A stretch of 64,000 bases of DNA. It comes from Geosiphon pyriformis uo1. Lineage: Eukaryota; Fungi; Glomeromycota. A program made the translations under genes and the position numbers. The notes under the pieces are model-generated. The model was not told where the DNA came from, made no database searches, and saw nothing but the letters and a program-made list of their open reading frames with translations. Position 1 is the first letter of the stretch, and each line of letters begins with the position of its first letter. The stretch spans positions 390,459 through 454,458 of the forward strand of contig JAAOMT010000009.1 of assembly GCA_016748015.1 (NCBI GenBank), written 5' to 3'. This document shows, one piece after another, positions 52,801 to 64,000 of this stretch.

Positions 52801-55800
52801 AATAATATCAAATTCTTATAGGTTAAATCGAATTTGGTTTGCTATAATAAATGTAATTACTTTGATTACTTAGCTTTAGAATATAATTAGATTAACACTT
52901 TTCAATTTCTAATGCAAAAACCAAACAAATTATCAATTTTTAAGAAAAAACATATATAATTTGTCTAATTTTATATTAAAAAACAAGTTTTTGTCTTTTG
53001 TTTACTAACTTTTAGTGATTTGTTTTAAGCTTAAGTAGTTGGCAACAATACAATTTACTTTTTATTAAGTGTAAATTTTCATGATAATACTAGTTTTAAT
53101 ATTTAGTTAGTTTTGTTTCTTCTATTTTTTTATTTTTAAATTTTTAATTATATATACTTGAACAGTTATTAGAACTATTAAATAATCAAATTTTCAAAGT
53201 TTTTACCAAATTAAATATTTTAATTAAGTTTTCAATGTTTTTAGTCTCTTAATCTTAATTTTTTTAAATTTACTTATTAGTAATATAATTAGTCTTAAAA
53301 TAAGTTTATTAAATACATTTTTTCTACTTATTAGTCCAATAGTTGGCAATATTTTATAGTTTTCTTTAAATAACAATAAGTTTTTACAACTAAAATTAGA
53401 ATCTAAAATTTAAATTATTAGCTTTAAATAGTTTTGTTAGTATGATTTTAGCTTAGTTAAATCTATTGGTTTTTAATAATGATTTTTTAATTTTTAATTT
53501 TTTTTAATAACTGGTTATATTTAAAAAATTGCTATGTATAATGTTTGTAAGATTAATAATTCTGTTAAATTAGCAAATATGATTTGTTGACACAAAAAAA
53601 TACTATATTTAATTTTAATACTTTTAGAAACTAAGTTATAGGCCAAGTTTGATCATAAATTGTAAATAAGTTTAATAATATTAATTTTAATTATATAAGC
53701 TTTGATATTATAATTATATTAAACAATGATTTAATTATGCATATATACAAAGTCTTAAAAATAACTAATTAATTTTTATGTATTTTTTTAGAAGATATTT
53801 GTTAATTTTTACTTTAAATTTATATGTTAAAATCATATTAAATAAATAGTTGCTTTATACTAATAAAATCAATTTTTTAATTATTATTGCTATAAAAAAT
53901 AGCTTTTTTGTAATTTTAAATAAAAATTTTAATAAAAATAGTACTGACCATAATACAAGTTTCAAAAAGCTTAAAATTTTGAATTTATTTGATTTTCTAA
54001 TGAATTCTTTTTTTTGTAGTTATTTTATATAATTGAATTTTAAAAAAGTTAAGAAATATATAAACTTTATTTTAGTAAATAAAAACTTTTATAATTTTTT
54101 AATTAAGCATAGCATTTATTAACTTAATAAATTTTTTGTATTTAATTATAGTACTGTATTTGTAAAAATGAGTTTAAAGAATTTGATTAATTTTTAATTG
54201 AATTTTATATATAAATAAACAAATAAAAATAGGTAAAAATATTAAATTAATAGTATTAATAGCAAGATTTAAAACAGTTTTAAGGTTTTTTTTGGGTTTT
54301 GTATTATAAAATATATATATTTTTAATAGATATAAAGTTACAGATAATATTAATAATATATGGTTTTTATTATTACTAATAATTTTTTTGTTATTAATAA
54401 AATACTTTTAAAAACTTGATATAAAATAAAAAATATAATTAAAAATGCTACTTTTTTCAAATTTTATAAGTTGGAGTTACTTGTTTTTAAGATTTTGTAT
54501 TTATTTAAGTCTAATAAAAATAGGCAGTCTTAAGTTGTTACTAAAAAATTAAACAAAGTTAAATATTATAAAGACTATAAAATTTTAAGAGTTTTTTAAT
54601 AATAATCTTAACAATATTAAAGTTAAATATGTTGTCTTAATTTAGGAAAATTTATTATGATTTCAAAATATTTAAAGCTAAATCTGCTAAAAACAATTAT
54701 ATCTTTAATATAATTATAAAATAAATAAACAACTTTGCCAACAATAAAAAGTAAATAATTTGTAATATTTTAGAATATCTATTTAAAAAAATTATGTTAA
54801 ATTACTTGATAAAAAACAAAAAACTTATTTTAGAATCTGATTTGATTAAATACAAAATAGATTTTATTATAAAAGAATAGACTAAAAAGCATATGGTTAA
54901 AAAAATAACTTTTTTAATTTGATATTACCAATAAAAATCTCTTATTTATATTTAAAATAATGCTTTTTTTAGTATTATAAAGAGAATTAATTTAAAAAAA
55001 TTTAGAAAAATAATTGAGTTTCTTTTAAATAACAAAGCAATTAAACTTTCTGAAATTTTTAATAAATTGTAAAAACATAATAATTTTTTTATGTAAAACA
55101 TGCTTTTTATATTAATTAATAAGTATTTAATATTAGAAATGGTTTTTGATACATAGAAAAAAGTTAGATTTTGATAATTCTAAAGTTCTATAAATAAAAA
55201 AAGATTTGAATTAATATTTATTCTATTGTCTTGATAAAAACTATAAGAAAAATTTTCTTCAAAATATTAATAGATTATATTTTAAGTATATATAATAAGT
55301 ATAATGTTTTAAAAAAAAATAATTTTTTGGTTTTAACAAGTATTTTAACTTTTTGTTGTAGACTTAACAATTGAGAATATTTTGAAAAAAAACAAAAAAA
55401 TTTGATTAATATATTAAAACATAAAAAAAACTTATAATTTAATGAACTGACTATATTTATAAAAAAGCTTGTTGAGAATAAAAATGTGCTTAAAGTTTAT
55501 TAAATTTTTTGGTTATATTCACAATAGTTGTACCAACAGAATAATAATAAATTTTGGTTTAATTAATAAATATGCAGTTTATAATAACCTAAATTAAGAC
55601 AAGATGTTTTTTTTTATGTGAAGAATTTTTTATAATCTACTTCTATATAAAATCTGAAAGCATAAAACTTTTTTTGATTATAAAATTGATTCTAAATATG
55701 TGATTAAGACTGATAAAATAAAATTTAGTGTAAAATTTATATTATTTTTGGCAACATATGTTTTTATCAACAATAGAATTTGGATTAAATATAGCTATTT

Positions 55801-58800
55801 AGCTATATAAAACATTTTAAATATTGTTAATGAATTTTTTGATATCAATAATGTGACTATTAATTTAAACAAAACTATTAATATACTTATTAATATAAAA
55901 ACTTTAAAAATTAATCTGGTTGTTAATAATACTGCTTTCTTAACTATAAAATTTAATATGTCTTATAAATATCTAAAAATTTATATATATTTTTAATGAA
56001 TTTTTTAGTACTTAACTTAAAAAAAACCAGTTTTAATGTAAAATTTTTTTGGTAATGGTTTTTTAAAAAACAATTTTAGATAAATAATTTGTGTATTTAA
56101 TTTTTATTCTGTATTTTATTTTGTGCTATAGAATATAATTTAGTTTTGTTAAAAGTTTATATGCTAAATAAAACCTAATATTTAAATAAAATTTGAAGTT
56201 TAAAGCTGGCTAATTAAAAATTTTTTCAAGTAACATAATGTATTATTTTTTATTTTACAATCTAAAATTTTTCAATCAAGCTTAAATTAAGAATAAGATA
56301 ACTTTTGCTGTTTATTTTATTAATATTAATAATATTCTAAAGAATTTTTTAAACATAAAACTATAAATTTGCAAATTATTATTTGAATATTATATAGTTT
56401 GCTTTTATTTTTTGTCAAATTATTGATTAATTTTTTGAACAATTTTTTGACAAATATTATTAATTTTTTTTTGGTTTATATGTTGTTATTTTTTATTTGT
56501 ATTCTTAATGTTTTTAAATATTATTATAGTTCTTTTGTTTTAAATATTTTGGATATTACTAAGTATTTTAAGATTATTAAATATTTAAAGTATTTTAAAA
56601 TAATTTTTACTAGACAATTTTTAAATAGTTATAAGAAATGTTTTTTTTAAAAGAATTTTTAACATTAAAAACATTTGAATTTAAGAAGTTCTATTCTTTT
56701 TGGGTTTTTTTAATGTTTAAGTTTATACTTTTAGAAAGTTTTATAAATTTTGGCTTATTTTTTTAGGTTTTTTTTGGTTAATGTATTGAGTTTGCTAGGT
56801 TTTTTTGGTATTAAGTCTATCTTAAAATTTAATAACTTGAGTGTTTTATTAGTTTTTACAAATAGTTTTGTCAATATTTTTAACTTATTTTTTGTTGCTA
56901 ATAGTACTATAATATATTTTTTAATTTAAATTCAAGCATAAGTATATAAATAGATAGTTTTTTTCTTAATTTTGGCTAAATTAATAACTATTGTTTTAAT
57001 TTTTAAGTATATTCCTTTTTTTTTTATGTAAAAATTTTTTAAACAGTATTACTAAAGGTTTTTGGTTTCTTTTCTTGAATATTGTTACTGTCTATTTGTT
57101 GTGAATTTACGTTTTTTGGAAGCTAGTAAATCTCTAATAACTGAATTTATTTTCAAATTATCTCTTTTAATTTAAACTGTTAAGCTTATAAATAGAATGG
57201 CCAATTCTGTACCAGTTACTTTATGTAGTTATATTATAGTAAATATTAACTCTTTCTCAGGAATTGCTTATTTGAAAGTTCACTAAAATGTGTAGTTACT
57301 TTGCTGTAAAAGTTAATTTTTTTACAAAAATCTCATCTGTAGACTACTTTAATAAATATAATAAAAAAATAAAAGAAAATAAAAGAAATATACAAGAAAT
57401 AAAATATTGTCAAAAGAATAATTTTTTATCCAGGTCTGAAATTACTAATAGTTTATTGAAATTGGTAACTAATTAATTTCAAAATATTAGTTGAATTTTG
57501 AGAATTGCAAGTATAATAATTAAAAATTTTAGATTTTTGAATGTTTGATTTTTATTTGATTTGTAAAAATAATTCTAAAAAAAATAAATCTAAAATAAGA
57601 TATCTATAGTAAGATATATTTTCTTGAAGAGAGAAATTTTTCTTTTATACAACTTGTTGTAATATTAGTCTATGAACTTAAACTTTCTTTTTTGCTATAA
57701 TTTTAATGAACTAAAGATACATTTCAGTAAACTACAAGTTATTTCAATAAACTATTAATTATTTTGGAGAATTATTTATTATTTCAGCAAATTTTTACAA
57801 ATTTTGACAAATTCTTAAATGTTAAATAATTTAGAGTATTGTGTAATTTGATCATCTTAATTTCTATAGTACAAATTGAGTTATTAATTAAATAATAATA
57901 TTCAATAATTTGATTAACTAATAAGTGATAATTGAAGTAATAATAATATATGCTAGTTAATAATAAAAATTATAAGAATAATTTTATGTTAATTACTAGC
58001 TAAAATTCTACTGATAATAACAGTTAAATTGTTATTAATGCTTATTATTCTAAGCTGTAGTTATTAAAGCTCAATCTTAGAAATAGTTGTTAAATAAAAT
58101 ATTAATATATTGTCAATATTATTTATAATAGAAATTTGTCTGTTAAATAAATAAAAGTAAAAAGATATTTAAGAGTTTTAGTAATAAATATGCTAATATT
58201 TTAATAAATTTTACAACTTATTTTGGCTTGATATTTTCTATTAATATGTCTAAAACTATGTAATAACTAGTAAAAAAACTGTTTGGACAATATTTGTTAT
58301 TTTGTTAAATTTTTGAGTAATTCTGTTTAATAAGTTTTATAAAAAATAAGTTTTAGTATAGATATAATAAATTTTTTAAATATTAATAACATTAATTAAG
58401 AAATTATAGTCTTGGTTTAATATTCTAACTTATATATAGTAGTTAATTTTATTAGCAAATTTATAGTTAGTTTATATATCTATATTATAAAAATTTTATA
58501 TTATAAACTACTAATAATTATTAGAAAAAAACTTTATAATAAATACTATTCTAGTGTTTTCTATATATATTATAATAAAGATAAATTTTTTAATTATATT
58601 TTTGCTTATTAAAAAAACTAATTAGTATAGTATAACTTTTTGGCTATATATTTATTTTAGTGGTATTTTTTGTTTATACTAATTTGTTTTTATTATTATT
58701 CTCTAAGACTTGGTTTTAAATGTTTTTAATATAATTTTGTATATGGTTTTATATAAAAATTTTGTGTTCAAATCTTGGATACCTAATATTAAAAATTTTT

Positions 58801-60390
58801 TTGATTGTATTTCAAGTAAAGTGGTTTTTTTGCTTAATATTAAAAAGAGTTATATAGTTTGCTTTAAAAAATAGTTTTGTTATTTGTTTTTTATTGCTGT
58901 AAATAATATAATAAGTATTGTAATTTTTGTATAATATAGTTTGAATTAACCAAATAGCTGATTATATGTAGTTAATATATAAGCTATATTTAATTTAAAA
59001 CTCTAAATAGTTATATTGTATTAAATTATAATTAAATTGTACTCATTAAATAATAATAATAATAAAACTTAATACAAAACTTTTAAATTTTTAATTTATT
59101 ATTATTATTATTATTATATAATAAAAAATTGATAAATTAAATATTAATATAAAAAAAATAACAATAAAAAAAATTGTTAAATCTGAATATAATATAAAAT
59201 ATTATTTTAAAGTTATATATTTTTTGGTTAATAAAATATTTGTTAAATATATTTAAAAAATTTAATAATATTTTTAATAAGAATTTTTCTAAATTTTATA
59301 TATTAAAATTTTAATTTTAAACATATTTAAATTATTAAAATTAAGATTTAATAATTAACTTATTTTTAATAAATTATTAGTTATTTTTTGATAATATTAA
59401 GATTAAATTTGTTTTATTTAAAATAAAAAAATTATATTATATATCTATAAAATTAAAAAGTTAAAAATTAAGTTTGTTATTATTAAATAAATAAAAAATT
59501 TTACTGTTAATAAGAATTATAATATTAAAAATATATTAGAATAGTTATTTTACAAAGTAATTCTAAATTACTTGGTTGTAAAAAATAAGTTGGTTTTAAA
59601 TTTTGTTGAAATCAAGTTAAAAATAAATATAATTATAAAAAATTAAACAAAAAAAAACAGTTTTGAATAATATTCTTAATTTGTAATATTATTAATATTT
59701 ATTTTATATTAATGATAATATTTTTTTAATAATAATAAGCACAAAAAATTATAATTAAATATATAGTATAGTTAAAAAATTTTTAAATAAAAAAACTGTT
59801 AATTTATTTAATATTACCAATAAACTTTAAAAGTATTATAATAAATTTAGTCTAAAAATGTTTTTAAATCTATTAAATTCTATTTATTATATAATTTAAT
59901 TTTTTATCTTTTGAAAAAAAGCTTTAAAATTTATAATTTCTAAATTTTATAAATAAAAAAAAGTTTTAATTAACAACAAACTAATTATTTTAATTAAAAC
60001 TATTTAAAAAGTTTTTATAAAAATTTTTTTATAGATTTTTTTTGGTTTATAGCAAATTTAATGTTTTTTATAGTGATAATTTTTTTGTTTTAAAAAATAT
60101 TTTAATTCAATTTTTTATTTTTGTAATAAGTTTAATAATAAAAAATATATTAAAAAAAAATTATAATTTTTAACTAGTTTTTTAAAATATGTAAAAAATT
60201 TACAATTTAATTAATTAATACTATTAATAAACAGTTTAACTAAAATTAAAATATGCAAAAAATTTAAAAATTTTTTTGTAATATTTATAATAATAAAATA
60301 TAAATAAATATAAAATACATAATAGTCTGAATTAGTATAATTTTTTTTTCTATTACTTTAAAAAAAAATTTAATTATTTATAAATAAAAA
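49850..60390. other. Extremely AT-rich block of hypermutated transposon remnants
   Basis: Abrupt G/C loss. For example 1 G/C in 60 nt at 59101-59160 and 8 in 60 at 52081-52140. Confidence 0.9.
51740..58900 (+). mobile_element. Full-length non-LTR retrotransposon (LINE) ghost: ORF1, APE, RT, RNase H and CCHC, erased by C>T/G>A transitions
   Basis: Colinear with 60518-64000 (52081 aligns with 60902, 53520 with 62392, 55030 with 63930). Back-mutable motifs: FINN from FVDD at ~55763, YLKI from YLGI at ~55970, *IKVKRYLR from WxKVKGHSG at 58148, and YIYY..NYIFAY from CxxC..DHxFxC at 58562. Confidence 0.85.
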
Positions 60391-63300
60391 ACTTCTTTCT
60401 CTCCTACCTCTAAAAATCTTTAAAAAAGCACATTTTCTGAAAAAGAAGTTTTTTATTTTTATTTTTTTTTTTTTTGTTAGTTTTTTCAACATTTCTTTAA
60501 ACAACAACCCCTTTGTCATGGATTTGAAGGCTGCTTTGAGCAGTGATATGTTGAAAAAAAAGGCACCTAAAGGTACTTTCTATGGTCCTGCTAGTGGTTT
60601 TTTTGCTCAGAAAAAAAAGATGGTTCTTGGCAATGTTAAACATTCTGATAATGAAAAAAATATCTCTTTGAGTAAATCTGAGTCTGATAATAGTGTGTAC
60701 TCTGATGTGGATAGTCTGTCTGGTAATGATGAGAATGTTGGCATGACAGGTGTGTATAGAGAGTCTCTTTTGGGTTCAGCTGCAACCATTCTCAAGGTGA
60801 AACATGTAAATACTAGTACAATGTTTGGCTTTCTGTTTGGCTTTCCTGATTTCACTATAGATAATAATGAAATTGTGCTTCCCCCTCACTTGCCTATTTC
60901 TCTGGAAAAAAAGTGGATTGATCCAAAGATTATTAAGACTCTTGTAAAAGTGTCAGTTAAAAAGTTATTCACTTTAGATATTAATCTCTTAGCTGTGGAA
61001 GGAAAATCTGCAATGGCAAAAACTCAGTTAATTAGAAAATTTTTTTCACCAGTCAATGATTTCGGGAGGGCCATTACTCCTTTAAAATTTGAAGGAATCA
61101 TCTGATCTACCTTTACTTCCAAAAAAAAATGAATATGGCTGCATCTTTGGCCAGGAAAAGAGAGATTGTCATAAACACTAATCTTAAGAAATCAAAAGTG
61201 CATTCAGATTGGGCCATAGTAATCAAAAAAATTCCCATGGATACACCTAAGGAAATGATCGTCACCGCAGTCGCCAAATTTGGTGATATTAAATCAATCA
61301 AGATTCAGTTAATTGGTATGTGGCGGAAGGCTGTGGTGGAATTCACTGATTTGAGTCAAGCCAATTTGTTAGCGTCAAGATGGTCATTCCTGATCAGGAA
61401 AGACTCAGTGCGTATGGCAAAAGCTGTGGGAAATCATAATATCTGGGCATCAAAAGACTGTTTTAGGACAATTTTGTTTACTTTGCCAGTGGAAACAACT
61501 GCACACAATCTTGGTACTCTTTTGGATGGGGCTGGCAATAAGACTTGTATCATCAATCAATTTTTGAACACTGGCAATAGGTTTTGTTGTGCTGTGATTG
61601 GCTTTGAATCTGAAAAGAATTTGGATTCAACATTTTGCACTGAACCTGTTTTTAGTGATGTGTGGCTCTTATAGGCTAGATTGGATTTGGTTTGGTATGG
61701 GAAATGTGGGTGTTTTAGGCATTCAGCTCTTGAGTGTGATGCTCCAATTGGTTCTATGTTATTGTTATCTTTGGTTAAGTCTTTTAAAAGTTTTGTTTCT
61801 GAGGAGAGGCATCTCCAGCTGGCCAAGTTATATAAAAAAAAAGAGGTTTTTATCTCCCACCCTGTTGCTTTTGGTGAAAAATTCTGGGCCCAAATGGTCT
61901 TAGCAGCTTCTTTTCTCTCTCATGGTTTTCCTGCTGGTCCCAGCTCAAATCTTCTTTCTTCTTCTTATCATGACATTGGTGATGTTTCTTCTTTGAATGA
62001 ATGCTTGGCCTCATTGAAATGCTCACTTGAGCTTCTTTTTGACTGGGTGTCCACTATTGTTAGATGTCTTGATAGTACTGAATTGGTGTCTTTGGTGTCT
62101 TCCTCTTTTGTTTCTTCTCCTAATGCTTCTGTATCTTTGGCTTCGGGTTTAGGCTCAGATATGGTTTTGGATGGCACTTCAATACTGTCTGCTCCCTCTT
62201 CTTCTACTGTTGATGTTGATGTACATGTTCTCAGTTCTAGTAGCTCCAGAATTCCCACTGGCAAAGTGGGTGGCTTGGAGTCTAAGTTGGCATCTTTGGA
62301 GACTTCTATTGATTTAGTGTTAACACGTTTGGATGGCTTGTGCTCTAGTTTGAATGCTCCTTTGTATTCTCTTTCCAAATGAATAACCTAGTTTGGAAGT
62401 TCGCTATGTGTAATGTTCAGGGTCTCAATGTTCCAGCCAAATGGGCAGACATTGTTTGTTAACATGTAAGCTTTGGAAGTATGGTTTTTTTTGTTACTGA
62501 GATGAAGTTGAGGCCTTCCTCTGGACCATAGATCAAGGATGAATTTGAGGGGGTCCAGATTTTTACTTCTGGTTTGGATGTTGGTTATCTCAGTACTAGT
62601 GTTGCTGTGATTATAAACAATTCTTTGGCTCACCATGTTTCTAAGGTTGAGGTGGTCTCTGGTCATGTTATCTTGGTGCATCTTCTGTTCAAGAGCAAGC
62701 TTTCAGTGACTGTGCTTGGTTTGTATGCTGGTGCCTCTTCTAGCATTCGTTTTGGACAGGCATTTAAGGTTAATTCTCTTATTGCTAAGGCTGTTAATAC
62801 CAGCAATTTTGTTGTTTTGAGTGAGGATTTTAATGAAAATGGGTCTGGGAAGAGCGTGAGTTTCAGGTTTTGTCTGGGTTTTGGTCTGGTCAATTCATTT
62901 GCCAGTCATCAGTTGGCATTGGCTCCTACGTGGTGCAACTTGAGAGGGATCAAAAAGACTATTGATTATATTTTAGTTAGTGAAAGTCTGTTATTCACTG
63001 TTGCTATGCATTGGGTTGAGTCAGTTTCAGATTTTTTTGACACGGATCATAGTGCTGTCATGGTGTTAGTAGGTCTGGGTGGGCTTTTGGATGTTCAATT
63101 AAATAGCTTGCACAGGCAGACTAACAAAGATTGTTAGAAGTTCAAGATTAAGGATGTAGATGTGTTCAAGTGGGATAAGTTTAGGGATTGTGTTTTGGTA
63201 AGGCTTTTGTTGGTCAAAGGCATCTTTGCTGATGTCAAAGCTGGTGGTAATTTGGATACTATGTGGGCAATTTTGGAAAAGGAGATGGTTGAGTCTGCTG

Positions 63301-64000
63301 ATAAAATTTTTTCCAGACTGTGGTTTAGCAAATTTTATTGCTTTAGGAACAAACATTTTTCAAAGTTCTTTGGATTGGGGTTGCTCATTGTAAAGATTCT
63401 TGGTGTGGTCCACTCTGGCAACATGCTTGAAGTTGTCTGTCTCATAAAAAAATGGTCCACTTTGGATGAGGACAAAGCTTGCGCATTCTCTAATTTGGTT
63501 AGATTGGATGAGGATAGTGGGATTCTTCTTAAGCATCTGTTTTTGTTTTGCAAGGAATACAGAAAATCAAAAATGTTTGAATCGAGACTAGCTGAGGAGG
63601 CTTTTGTTAAAAAGGCTATAGAAAAATGCATGGAAAGTTTCACTTTCAATAAAAAGTGCATGATCAAAAGTATTTTGGATCGGCCTTTTTGCAAGGTGGT
63701 ACTTGATCATTTGGTGGTTGATAAAAGCTTGGTTTTGGTATCTGCGGAGGTGAAGTCTAAAATAGATAAGATTATGGCAGGATAGACAAGGAAGCAAGTG
63801 ATACCTATGGTGATGTCTGATCTTTGGGCTTGCCAATATGTGCTTTTAGATTATGTGTGGAACAATGCTTTTTCTGAGGTAATATGTGAAATCAGTTTGG
63901 ATGAGCTGCTCTCAGTGGTTAATGATCTTCCTGATGACAAGGCTGCTGATTTGTCTGGCATTCCTAATGAATTGTGGAAACATAGTGGTGATATGGTATT
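60391..64000 (+). mobile_element. LINE retrotransposon, 5' part (ORF1 and APE-containing ORF2), inactivated; runs off the window
   Basis: ORF1 60518-62382 has an RRM-like region and a degenerate knuckle YxxCx4Hx4C. ORF2 from ATG 62379 has APE motifs CNVQG, TEMK, GLYA, EDFNE, TIDYI and DTDH. In-frame stops and a frameshift are present. Confidence 0.92.

Noticed and set aside
52119-57476. Short I/K/N/F/L-rich ORFs in the AT block
   Set aside because: Residual frames of the mutated LINE, not genes.
49850-60390. Mitochondrial or endosymbiont (Mollicutes-like) insertion, or an alternative genetic code
   Set aside because: TAA stops occur in all frames, there are no recognisable organellar or bacterial genes, and most of the block is colinear with the neighbouring LINE.
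61968-63836. Antisense ORFs over the LINE (and similar ones over the helicase, deaminase and SWIRM genes)
   Set aside because: Shadow frames of sense-strand coding sequence.

Overview
Eukaryotic, intron-rich, AT-rich fungal genomic DNA. It is most likely Glomeromycotina: the LINE and Tc1 families resemble those I recall from Geosiphon and arbuscular mycorrhizal fungi, but this is inference. Bases 1-49.7 kb are gene-bearing. They hold a paraoxonase-like propeller, a divergent JEN1-like MFS transporter, two small paralogous orphan ORFs, a repeat-containing orphan, a zinc-knuckle/LRR protein, a secreted Asn/Gly-repeat protein, a SAM methyltransferase, an S10 carboxypeptidase with micro-exons, a Sel1-repeat protein, a PY-motif membrane protein, a coiled-coil protein, a secreted-type deaminase, a SWIRM protein and a DDX60-like helicase. 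Tc1/mariner relics, a MITE, microsatellites and an assembly gap are interspersed. Bases ~49.85-60.4 kb look like featureless AT DNA, but they contain a full-length LINE (ORF1, APE, RT, RNase H, CCHC) whose G and C bases were largely converted to A and T with little indel decay. It is colinear with a lightly mutated relative at 60.4-64 kb whose lesions are also C>T/G>A transitions, many TpG>TpA. The best candidate for an undescribed system is therefore a RIP-like, repeat-directed hypermutation process in a lineage where I do not know RIP to be established. Exon boundaries were read by eye and no database searches were run.
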